From an uncultured bacterium (lineage in GTDB: Bacteria; Oederibacteriota; Oederibacteriia; Oederibacteriales; Oederibacteriaceae): a stretch of DNA of 32,000 bases. The stretch is from the NCBI GenBank assembly GCA_965112635.1, contig OZ218778.1, positions 730,258 to 762,257 on the forward strand, given 5' to 3'. Numbering within the stretch: position 1 is the stretch's first letter; each line of letters opens with the position of its first letter. Below are positions 8,300 through 14,623 of the stretch, piece after piece. The notes beneath the pieces are model-generated. The model was not told where the DNA came from, did no database searches, and saw only the letters and a program-made list of their open reading frames with translations. The translations under genes and the position numbers were made by a program.

Positions 8300-8744
8300 T
8301 GATCTTGTGCTTGGTGTCGTCCAGCCGTTCGCGGATCACTTTTTCGACCATCTGGTACAGCCTGTTGTTGTGCCTCACGATGGAGTTGAAATCGTCCCGG
8401 TAAAGGATGTAAAAATCGCAGGGCTCTTCTGCGACAACGGTCGCGGTACGGGGGATCTCCTCCAAAAGCGCGATCTCGCCAAAAAAGTTCCCCTCGGTCA
8501 TGGTGTTGATGTAAACTTTTTTGCCCGTCTTGTTCGTGGCCCAAATGGAAACCTTGCCCTTGAAGATCATATAAAAGGTGTCGCCTTTATCACCTTCCCT
8601 GATCACCACGTAATTCTGGGTGCAGGACATTTTTTTCAGGCATCCTATCAGCTTGTCCATCTCCTCCACCTTTAGGCTGCTTAAAAAATCCACCCCCCTC
8701 AAAGTTTCCAGGATCTGGCGGTACTCAGTGGATTGGTCGACCAT
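8280..8744 (-). CDS. Stand-alone cyclic-nucleotide-binding domain protein
   Basis: A 154-aa ORF with SD AAGGAGGG. The CNB signature is GDKGDTFYMIFKGKVSIW...GNFFGEIALLEEIPRTATVVAEEPCDFYIL. Confidence 0.9.
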   Translation of the reverse strand: MVDQSTEYRQILETLRGVDFLSSLKVEEMDKLIGCLKKMSCTQNYVVIREGDKGDTFYMIFKGKVSIWATNKTGKKVYINTMTEGNFFGEIALLEEIPRTATVVAEEPCDFYILYRDDFNSIVRHNNRLYQMVEKVIRERLDDTKHKINEKHPG

Positions 8745-8800
8745 ACGCCCTCCTTAATGATTTTGGTAATCCGTCCGCGTCCAGTAGGGATGCGAAAACT

Positions 8801-8806
8801 ATTATA
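8801..8806 (-). promoter_or_regulatory. Candidate -10 box (TATAAT on the minus strand) for the cNMP-binding/Sel1 operon
   Basis: The minus strand reads ...GTTGTGATTATAATAG... about 57 nt upstream of the ATG at 8744. The -35 is poor. Confidence 0.3.
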
Positions 8807-9012
8807 ATCACAACAACCCTAACTTAGCTATGCCTGAAAAGCACGGACTTTTCATTTAAAACCTTGTCTTTTGGAAGGCTTTTTGGCCCTAGGTCCGGGG
8901 GAGAACAAGGACGGGGCGGAAAAATTGCTAAAAATCCTTGGGGCGCCGTGCCATTGGTTCAAGTTTCAAGATCAGGCGCGCTTTTACTTTCCCGGGCGAT
9001 AAGAAAAGATTT

Positions 9013-9819
9013 TCAATCCCGTATTTCTTCCTGGAGGAGGGTAAAAAATCTCTCCCTGGCCTGTTTTTCCAGCCAGGGGATATGCCCGCATTTCTCCAGC
9101 AGGACAAAGCGGAAATTCTTGATGACATCGGTCAGCTGATTTTGCACGCTCTCGGCCGGATGGGGGTCATGGTCGCCTGAGATAGCGAGGACCGGGCAAT
9201 GGATGCGCCGGCCCAGCTCCAGGAGCTTGCCGTTTTGTCTCATGGCTTCGGCTTCTCCCCACACCATCTGGTGTATCTCCTGGTCAAATTCCACGGGCTC
9301 CCTCTCTCCTTGGACCGGATCATAGGCGTCTGCCTTGGCCAGCAACTCGCCCAGCCGCGGCCCGGCCATCTTGTTCTCGCCTGCTCCCGGTTGCTTCAGA
9401 AATTCCATCAGAGCCACGACCTCGGCCCTTTCTTTGATATCCAGGCGGCTCAGCCTGGTTTCCAGTGTTTTAACTCCGTCGCTTTCCTTGAACCCGGCGC
9501 AGGAAACCAGGATAAGTTTTTTCACATAGGAAGGATAATAGGCGGCGAACAAATATCCCAGCCACGCTCCCCAGGAATATCCTATCAGCGTGAAAGGCGG
9601 GTCGCTGCTCCTCCTGAGGACCGTTCTTAGCTCCTCCCTCTGGCCCAAGATAGTCTTGGCGGTCTGCAGGGGCTCCAGGATGCCGCGCACGGACGCCAGC
9701 TCCCGCGCCACGGGCGCCATCTCTCCCGCCACCCCCGGCCCGCCATGCAGGACCGCCACTTTATACGGCCTCTCGCCGTATTTTCTGATGACCTTCATTT
9801 GTCGCTCCCGTTTTTTCAC
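9013..9819 (-). CDS. Alpha/beta-fold hydrolase
   Basis: A 268-aa ORF. It has an HGGPG oxyanion-type motif, the nucleophile elbow GYSWG, and a C-terminal ...GDHDPH...EKCGHIPWLE acid/His region. The track start at 9819 is GTG; an alternative ATG at 9798 is preceded by GGGAG. Confidence 0.88.
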   Translation of the reverse strand: MKKRERQMKVIRKYGERPYKVAVLHGGPGVAGEMAPVARELASVRGILEPLQTAKTILGQREELRTVLRRSSDPPFTLIGYSWGAWLGYLFAAYYPSYVKKLILVSCAGFKESDGVKTLETRLSRLDIKERAEVVALMEFLKQPGAGENKMAGPRLGELLAKADAYDPVQGEREPVEFDQEIHQMVWGEAEAMRQNGKLLELGRRIHCPVLAISGDHDPHPAESVQNQLTDVIKNFRFVLLEKCGHIPWLEKQARERFFTLLQEEIRD

Positions 9820-9914
9820 TGTTAGGAACCTCTCCTTTACATGGGGGGATATTCATAAAACATTCGGGGTCACCTGATGATTTGTGACAAAGGTAAATCC
9901 TGTTTCTTTTATTT

Positions 9915-9940
9915 AGTATACCCAGGGACCCCGGGGATCA
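9915..9940. repeat. 26-nt repeat, copy 1 (AGTATACCCAGGGACCCCGGGGATCA)
   Basis: It matches 10911..10936 at 22 of 26 positions by hand alignment. It lies immediately downstream of the STAS stop codon. Confidence 0.5.
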
Positions 9941-9948
9941 GTGGAAGT

Positions 9949-10314
9949 TTATAACAGGTAGTGCAGCGCGCCGATTTCAGAAGTAAAAGACGGCAGGGTG
10001 GTTTCCAGGCTCAATAGTTGGTAAACGCGTTCGACATTGTGGGCCATGTTTATCAAAGCTATCCTGCCCCCGTTCCCGCTGACTTCTTTCCCAATATGCA
10101 CCAAAACATCCCAGCCGGCCCCGTCTATGAAGCTGATCCCCTTGAGGTCCACGATGATCCTGACAGAGGCCTGGCGGGCAAAGCTTAAGGCTGAGTATAT
10201 TAATTGGCATCCGGTATAGGCGTCGAGATATCCTTTGATGGTTATTTTCCAGCATTGGATGGTCTGGTAGGGGAGCTGCTCTATGGAAATATTGATTTCT
10301 TTTGTTGCATCCAT
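9949..10314 (-). CDS. STAS-domain protein (anti-sigma-factor-antagonist-like)
   Basis: A 121-aa ORF. ...VRIIVDLKGISFIDGAGWDVLVHIGKEVSGNGGRIALINMAHNVERVYQLLSLE... fits the SpoIIAA/STAS pattern. Confidence 0.85.
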   Translation of the reverse strand: MDATKEINISIEQLPYQTIQCWKITIKGYLDAYTGCQLIYSALSFARQASVRIIVDLKGISFIDGAGWDVLVHIGKEVSGNGGRIALINMAHNVERVYQLLSLETTLPSFTSEIGALHYLL

Positions 10315-10392
10315 TGGTTCACCCTTTTTCTATTTCGGGTACATGCACGCATGCAGGCTGGCTGGCAGCGCTCAACATCGTTGTTTGACATA

Positions 10393-10401
10393 ATTATACC
10401 A
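10393..10401 (-). promoter_or_regulatory. Candidate extended -10 promoter (TGGTATAAT on the minus strand) for the STAS gene
   Basis: The minus strand reads ...CCATGGTGGTATAATTATG..., which is TGnTATAAT, about 80 nt upstream of the ATG at 10314. Confidence 0.4.
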
Positions 10402-10553
10402 CCATGGCGGGAAACTGATTTTTCCATTCTGTCCTGTGCTTTTACTTCCTCCTATTGATCCTGTGGATCCGCCTTGTAGCTTTTCTCTTAGCCTTTTTTG
10501 TAGCTTTGCTCAGTGGCATAAATTCTCCCTCTTATTTGGCCTATTTTATTCCT

Positions 10554-10736
10554 CTATCTTGCCCCTCTTTGGGATGATCTTCCTGTCTGCCTTTTTTGCA
10601 CGGTGGATACATGGCTATGGATAGAAGGCAGGGCCGCATAAGAACTGTCATAAAAAGCATATTTTTCAGCTTTGTCTTTGTGATAGCCGGCGCGGATCGC
10701 AGCCCTTTCAATTTTTTCTGATTCTCTCTTTCCCAT
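10554..10736 (-). CDS. Small basic hypothetical protein (60 aa)
   Basis: An ATG at 10736 lies 3-4 nt after a strong SD (AAGGAGGG). The track ORF starts at an upstream TTG. No family was recognised. Confidence 0.35.
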   Translation of the reverse strand: MGKRESEKIERAAIRAGYHKDKAEKYAFYDSSYAALPSIHSHVSTVQKRQTGRSSQRGAR

Positions 10737-10865
10737 CTTCCCTCCTTTCAAGTTTGATACTCCCTATACTCTAACACTAATATGCTTTTTCATACTGATT
10801 ACTTGTCAGCAGGAAGCCCTGGACAAAATAGGTGTGATGAAATGGCTCGCCCCGGATAGGCGGGG

Positions 10866-10892
10866 GTTGAAGGATCTGAATGATCCTTCAAC
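10866..10892. other. Perfect 11-bp inverted repeat with a 5-nt loop (GTTGAAGGATC-TGAAT-GATCCTTCAAC)
   Basis: Read directly from the sequence. No U-tract follows on either strand. It lies in a ~250-nt non-coding gap. Confidence 0.6.
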
Positions 10893-10910
10893 GGGTCCCT
10901 TCCATAATTA

Positions 10911-10936
10911 AGTATGCAGAGGGACCCCGGAGATCA
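10911..10936. repeat. 26-nt repeat, copy 2 (AGTATGCAGAGGGACCCCGGAGATCA)
   Basis: It matches 9915..9940 at 22 of 26 positions. Confidence 0.5.
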
Positions 10937-10986
10937 ATAACATTACCCTAGGCTCTACTTCCCTTTTGCCGGAAACAATCACAGAC

Positions 10987-11001
10987 CCTTGTGGCACAAG
11001 G
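10987..11001 (-). terminator. Possible terminator hairpin after the small membrane-protein gene
   Basis: The minus strand reads CCTTGTGCCACAAGG, starting 5 nt after the stop codon. It is followed by the moderately U-rich GTCTGTGATTGTTTCC. Confidence 0.3.
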
Positions 11002-11006
11002 TTCGC

Positions 11007-11291
11007 CTACTTTGTATCTTGTCCCCTGCCCAGCCATCGACGGCATACATAAACAGCCGATATCCATGATCCAAAATCAGCTAGGAGCGCCCCCACCAAG
11101 ACCAGGCTGACCCAGTCACCCATAAATTTTGGGTAGGCGACCTGAACGCCCCCAATAATTAAAAAAGTGGCTATGATTGGGATGCCTGAATCCCTGTCTC
11201 CATATTTAATGTGGCGATATACCAGGCGAATATTCATGGGGATCAAGGCCAGGGCGCCTAAGAGAAAGATATTTCCGATAATGAACATCAT
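11007..11291 (-). CDS. Small integral membrane protein (about 3 TM segments)
   Basis: A 94-aa ORF with hydrophobic stretches FIIGNIFLLGALALIPM, IPIIATFLIIGGVQVAY and WVSLVLVGALLADFGSWISAVYV. It lies 22 nt downstream of the ArsR gene. Confidence 0.65.
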   Translation of the reverse strand: MMFIIGNIFLLGALALIPMNIRLVYRHIKYGDRDSGIPIIATFLIIGGVQVAYPKFMGDWVSLVLVGALLADFGSWISAVYVCRRWLGRGQDTK

Positions 11292-11313
11292 GGTTCATTC
11301 CCCCACGACAGGA

Positions 11314-11628
11314 TCATTCCTCAGTATCCTGGGTCTTGTGCTGGCTGGAAAGATGGATCAAACCTTTAAGCCCGTCAATAATTTCCAGGACTTCTTTTTG
11401 ATACTTTAACCGATACAGCACATACTGCCCCTTGCTTGTAAATCTGACTAGGTCAGCCATCCGCAGGCTCCGCAATTGATGCGAAACTGCGGGCATGGAT
11501 CGTCTGACCTTTTTAGCCAGCTCGGATGGCGCGCAGGGTTCCTTGGCTATGGCCTCCAGGATCTGAAAAGCCACAGGATTTCCCAGCACTTTGCATACTC
11601 TGGAACAACGGAATGAAGTCTCTTGCAT
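11314..11628 (-). CDS. ArsR/SmtB-family winged-helix transcriptional regulator (copy 1)
   Basis: The wHTH pattern is VLGNPVAFQILEAIAKEPCAPSELAKKVRRSMPAVSHQLRSLRMADLV. Start set to ATG 11628, behind SD GGAGAGGAG; the track start at 11643 is a GTG lying inside the SD region. Confidence 0.88.
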   Translation of the reverse strand: MQETSFRCSRVCKVLGNPVAFQILEAIAKEPCAPSELAKKVRRSMPAVSHQLRSLRMADLVRFTSKGQYVLYRLKYQKEVLEIIDGLKGLIHLSSQHKTQDTEE

Positions 11629-11674
11629 ATTTCTCCTCTCCACCGATCTAAATAATGGGGATCCACAAATACGG

Positions 11675-11711
11675 ATAATATCCTATTTTCGCATTTTCGC
11701 AATTGCGAAAA
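11675..11711 (-). promoter_or_regulatory. ArsR copy-1 promoter with an overlapping palindromic operator
   Basis: A perfect 18-bp palindrome, TTTTCGCAATTGCGAAAA, occupies 11694-11711. On the minus strand the -35 TTGCGA (11697-11702) lies inside the palindrome, followed by a 16-bp spacer and the -10 TATTAT (11675-11680). Confidence 0.55.
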
Positions 11712-11855
11712 CGTGGAAATGTCACATCTTGGGATTTAGATCAAGGACTTCAAAGCGCTACATGGGAATTAAAAAAACCCGCGGGGGAGGCGGGAGAATC
11801 CTATGCTTGCCTGGGGTCTAATTCCCTTTTGCAAGAAATAACTCCTGGCCCCGGT

Positions 11856-12299
11856 TCATTTCAGGTGAGAGCCATATCCTTCTAGGAGATCAGGAAACTC
11901 GGTAAGGAGAAATTCTTTGGCGTTCACTATCAGGGTTTTTCCCGTTTTTTTCAGCACCAGCAGGTCAAGGTCGCCCGTGACCAGATAATCAGCCCGGCTG
12001 GCTTTGGCCAGGTCCAGGACAAAAATATCCTTGGGATCTCTCAACTTTTGATGTATGCCTGGGCTTTTAATTTCAAAGGGAACAGTATAGGAAAGTATAT
12101 CTCCCAAAACCTTGTCCAATTCACTGTCTGAGAGCCCGAACTTCTTTCCCTGCAGAGTATGGGCCAGCTCTTTCAGTACCTCAGGAGAACAAACCAGCTC
12201 AATGAGCTCATGCCGGGCCAGTCCCAAAAACAGGCGGTTGACGCCCGGCCAGAAAGTGCCTGAAATGTAAACGTTGGTATCCGCAACCACTCTTACCAC
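11856..12299 (-). CDS. PIN-domain toxin (toxin-antitoxin system toxin component)
   Basis: A 147-aa ORF. It has the N-terminal VVADTNVYIS motif and the C-terminal ...ADYLVTGDLDLL... acidic motif typical of the PIN family. Its start lies 2 nt after the upstream antitoxin stop. Confidence 0.88.
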   Translation of the reverse strand: MVRVVADTNVYISGTFWPGVNRLFLGLARHELIELVCSPEVLKELAHTLQGKKFGLSDSELDKVLGDILSYTVPFEIKSPGIHQKLRDPKDIFVLDLAKASRADYLVTGDLDLLVLKKTGKTLIVNAKEFLLTEFPDLLEGYGSHLK

Positions 12300-12301
12300 T
12301 G

Positions 12302-12559
12302 CTACCGGCTCTCTTTGACCAGGCGGACAATGTCAGCTTCTTTTAAGTGAGCAAACCCTTTCTTTTTGGCCAGCGTTTCGGCCCATTGATAAAGATTCTT
12401 TGAACTTGGTTTGGAAACAACCCCTTTATTTTTTAGATAAAGCTCCAGGGATTCTTCAATAACCCCGCCGATGGTCTTATCTTCCTGCAGGGCTATCCTT
12501 TTGGTCATTTTTAGTAACTCCGGGTCCAGCCTCAGCGTGGTCTTCATGGATGTGATCAT
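12302..12559 (-). CDS. Putative antitoxin (ribbon-helix-helix-like), 85 aa
   Basis: Start trimmed to ATG 12559, behind SD AGAGGAGGG. The N-terminus MITSMKTTLRLDPELLKMTKRIALQEDKTIGGVIEESLELYL fits a beta-strand plus two-helix RHH layout. It is adjacent to the PIN gene. Confidence 0.7.
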   Translation of the reverse strand: MITSMKTTLRLDPELLKMTKRIALQEDKTIGGVIEESLELYLKNKGVVSKPSSKNLYQWAETLAKKKGFAHLKEADIVRLVKESR

Positions 12560-12579
12560 AGGTCCCTCCTCTCTTTGCT

Positions 12580-12612
12580 TGCCATATTGCCATATAGATG
12601 GCACGAAGTCAA
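12580..12612 (-). promoter_or_regulatory. Candidate TA-operon promoter and operator
   Basis: The minus strand reads TTGACT (12607-12612), 17 bp, then CAATAT (12584-12589). This overlaps a tandem ATATGGCA-ATATGGCA direct repeat and the near-palindrome GCCATCTATATGGC. Confidence 0.3.
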
Positions 12613-12661
12613 GTTGGAACAAGGTTTTCGTATAACATAATGTCCAGGTTGGTAAATTGCA

Positions 12662-12707
12662 AGGCGGGGATCGCTGAACCTTCATTTTTTGCATGTCGCA
12701 GGTCAAG
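12662..12707. repeat. 46-bp repeat, copy 1 (AGGCGGGGATCGCTGAACCTTCATTTTTTGCATGTCGCAGGTCAAG)
   Basis: It differs from 14400..14445 at 3 positions by hand alignment, in the same orientation. Confidence 0.75.
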
Positions 12708-12765
12708 CTCGTCCTAAAGCGTGCCCTGTAGGCACATGGACCTCCCCCGAAATAATGGGCACCTC

Positions 12766-13791
12766 TTACGGCCGGGTAACTTCTTGCACCATTTTTGGAA
12801 AAGCTCCCTGAACATTATTTAATTTAAATCTGGATATGCCTACTCTTTCAATGCCTGTTTCCCATCCGTCCCTGGCGTTATACCATATCCAAAGTTCATT
12901 CCCAACTTTTCTCATATCTAGCTGGTAGACCAAGGCGTCTTTCCAGCCTTTTTCCGGGGCTATGATCGGGTTAAAAGGCAGGTTGTACCACTCCATACCG
13001 TCTTTGGATAAAAGGAAATGAATGGCTGAACGGGAACTGCCTTCTTTGTCTTTATAAATGCCGTTGTTGAATCCCAAAAATATATTTTCTGTCCATTCAT
13101 AGTAAACCTTCAGGCCTCCGGCCCCCATATTTCTGTACGGATCATCCGGGTTTGGTCCTATGACGGGAAGAGGGTGTTTTTTATAAGGTCCCATGATGTT
13201 ATTGGAAAACGCAACGCCGTTATAAACCGGTTCCTCATAACCGCAGTCAGGAAGCAGGACTTCCCCGGAAGCATAGTACAACCTGTATCCTTCCGGGGTC
13301 TTTGTTATACAGGCGTTTCTGACCACTGGTCTTGACCTGAAGCTTTCTTTTTCCCAGGGAAGGCCGGGTCTTAATATGACCTCATCCTTTGTCCAGTTTT
13401 TCAGGTCTTTTGAGGATCTTACCGCTATGCAGCATTCACCTTCAATAAACCAGGGTCCGTGGTGGAACATATAAAAAGTGCCTTTGTCCTTGAAAACGAA
13501 CGGGTTCCATCCGGGTTTGAATCTGTCTAAAGCTTTCCAGTTTATACCGTCATTAGAAACCATATGGTTAATATAAGTATCCCCGCTTACCGCGTATAAA
13601 TGCCATTTCCCGTCCGGACTGGTTTCAGGCATGATAATGGTAGGTTCTCCGACAACCTGTGTGTTAAAGGGAGGATTGATAATGGGGTTTCCTGGATGAT
13701 CGGCCCATTTATCCCACTGAACCTTTTTTAGAAGCTCGGGTGAAAATACTTCTTCCGGGTTACTTTGGATTAAGCCGTTCTTGTTCTTCAT
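12766..13791 (-). CDS. Beta-propeller glycoside-hydrolase-like protein (GH43/GH130-type fold; family not resolved)
   Basis: A 341-aa ORF with SD AAGAGGAGGG. It has repeated SxDGxxW-type blade motifs (SNDGINW, SSKDLKNW, SKDGMEW) and W/Y-rich strands (FYMFHHGPW, YRLYYASG, LWIWYNARDGW). Confidence 0.75.
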   Translation of the reverse strand: MKNKNGLIQSNPEEVFSPELLKKVQWDKWADHPGNPIINPPFNTQVVGEPTIIMPETSPDGKWHLYAVSGDTYINHMVSNDGINWKALDRFKPGWNPFVFKDKGTFYMFHHGPWFIEGECCIAVRSSKDLKNWTKDEVILRPGLPWEKESFRSRPVVRNACITKTPEGYRLYYASGEVLLPDCGYEEPVYNGVAFSNNIMGPYKKHPLPVIGPNPDDPYRNMGAGGLKVYYEWTENIFLGFNNGIYKDKEGSSRSAIHFLLSKDGMEWYNLPFNPIIAPEKGWKDALVYQLDMRKVGNELWIWYNARDGWETGIERVGISRFKLNNVQGAFPKMVQEVTRP

Positions 13792-13806
13792 AGACCCTCC
13801 TCTTTA

Positions 13807-13861
13807 CGAAAACCCCGCCCCCGCCCTCAAGGTGCGCGTCCATGAGGACGTTAAGGCGGGG
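13807..13861 (-). terminator. Possible intrinsic terminator or attenuator between ArsR copy 2 and the glycosidase-like gene
   Basis: The minus strand reads CCCCGCC...(inner hairpin CGTCC-TCAT-GGACG)...GGCGGGG followed by TTTT. The loop is long, so this is only a candidate. Confidence 0.35.
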
Positions 13862-13865
13862 AAGT

Positions 13866-14180
13866 TTATTCCTCAGTATCCTGGGTCTTGTGCTGGCTGG
13901 TCAGATGAACCAAACCCTCCAGCCCGTCTATGATCTCCAGAATTTCCTTGGGGTATTTAATCCTGTAAAGAACATATTTATTTTTTGTCGTATATCGAAC
14001 TAAATCTGCCAAACGCAAGCCTTTCAACTGATGTGAAATGGCCGATATGGTTCTTTTGAACCTTTTGCTCAACTCAGATGGGGTGCACGGTTCCTTAGCA
14101 ATAGCCTCAAGAATTTGAAAAGTCAAAGGATTGCCCAATACCCGGCATAGCCTGGAACAACGATATGCTGTTTCTTTCAT
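13866..14180 (-). CDS. ArsR/SmtB-family winged-helix transcriptional regulator (copy 2)
   Basis: The wHTH pattern is VLGNPLTFQILEAIAKEPCTPSELSKRFKRTISAISHQLKGLRLADLV. It is about 72% identical to copy 1 (75/104 by hand count). Start set to ATG 14180, behind GGAGAGGAG. Confidence 0.88.
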   Translation of the reverse strand: MKETAYRCSRLCRVLGNPLTFQILEAIAKEPCTPSELSKRFKRTISAISHQLKGLRLADLVRYTTKNKYVLYRIKYPKEILEIIDGLEGLVHLTSQHKTQDTEE

Positions 14181-14229
14181 ATTTTCTCCTCTCCACACAA
14201 GCCATAAGATACAAACCCCACAATCCCTT

Positions 14230-14277
14230 ATTCTACCTCATTTGCACGTTTGTTCAATTGAGCAAATGTGCAAATGA
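14230..14277 (-). promoter_or_regulatory. ArsR copy-2 promoter with an overlapping palindromic operator
   Basis: A 40-bp imperfect palindrome, TCATTTGCACGTTTGTTCAATTGAGCAAATGTGCAAATGA, occupies 14238-14277 (15 of 17 arm positions pair). On the minus strand the -35 TTGAAC (14252-14257) sits at the palindrome centre, followed by a 16-bp spacer and the -10 TAGAAT (14230-14235). Confidence 0.55.
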
Positions 14278-14399
14278 CCAATCTGGGGATTTAGAATCTA
14301 AAGCATTTGATGTTTAGGATGGTGGGGCGAATGGTTTAAAAACCCGCCGGGGGAAAAATTGAGGAAAGAGGGCCTGAAAATTTTGAAAAGGGGTCGGGG

Positions 14400-14445
14400 A
14401 GGCGGGGATCACTGAACCTTCAATTTCTGCATGTCGCAGGTCAAG
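14400..14445. repeat. 46-bp repeat, copy 2 (AGGCGGGGATCACTGAACCTTCAATTTCTGCATGTCGCAGGTCAAG)
   Basis: It differs from 12662..12707 at 3 positions. Confidence 0.75.
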
Positions 14446-14623
14446 GTTTGCCCCGAATAATATTCGTTTTTTACAACCATTTTGAATTAAGACTTGAAAA
14501 TAGCACAATCTTAGTCCATACTACATACAGGCTTGAGTAGTAATCTGAGATGTCAACCCCAGAGTTGACCATCGATACCAGGATTACCAACTTGAGCCTT
14601 TTTTATTGATGACCCCTTTGGTT

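Noticed and set aside
12560-12706. The N-terminal 49 codons of track ORF 12302..12706
   Set aside because: The extension covers the promoter/operator and the 46-bp repeat. A strong SD precedes ATG 12559, and the shorter product has antitoxin-like size.
12662-12707. The 46-bp repeat as a tRNA 3' fragment or att site (it contains GGTTCAG..ATCCCCGCC on the minus strand)
   Set aside because: I could not build a T-arm (5-bp stem, 7-nt TTCRANN loop) or an acceptor stem from it. No integrase is nearby. It is better explained as part of the duplicated ArsR upstream module.
14314-14508. A 64-aa minus-strand ORF
   Set aside because: It spans the 46-bp repeat and the upstream region of ArsR copy 2. 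It has no SD, and the repeat's counterpart at 12662 is non-coding in a different context.
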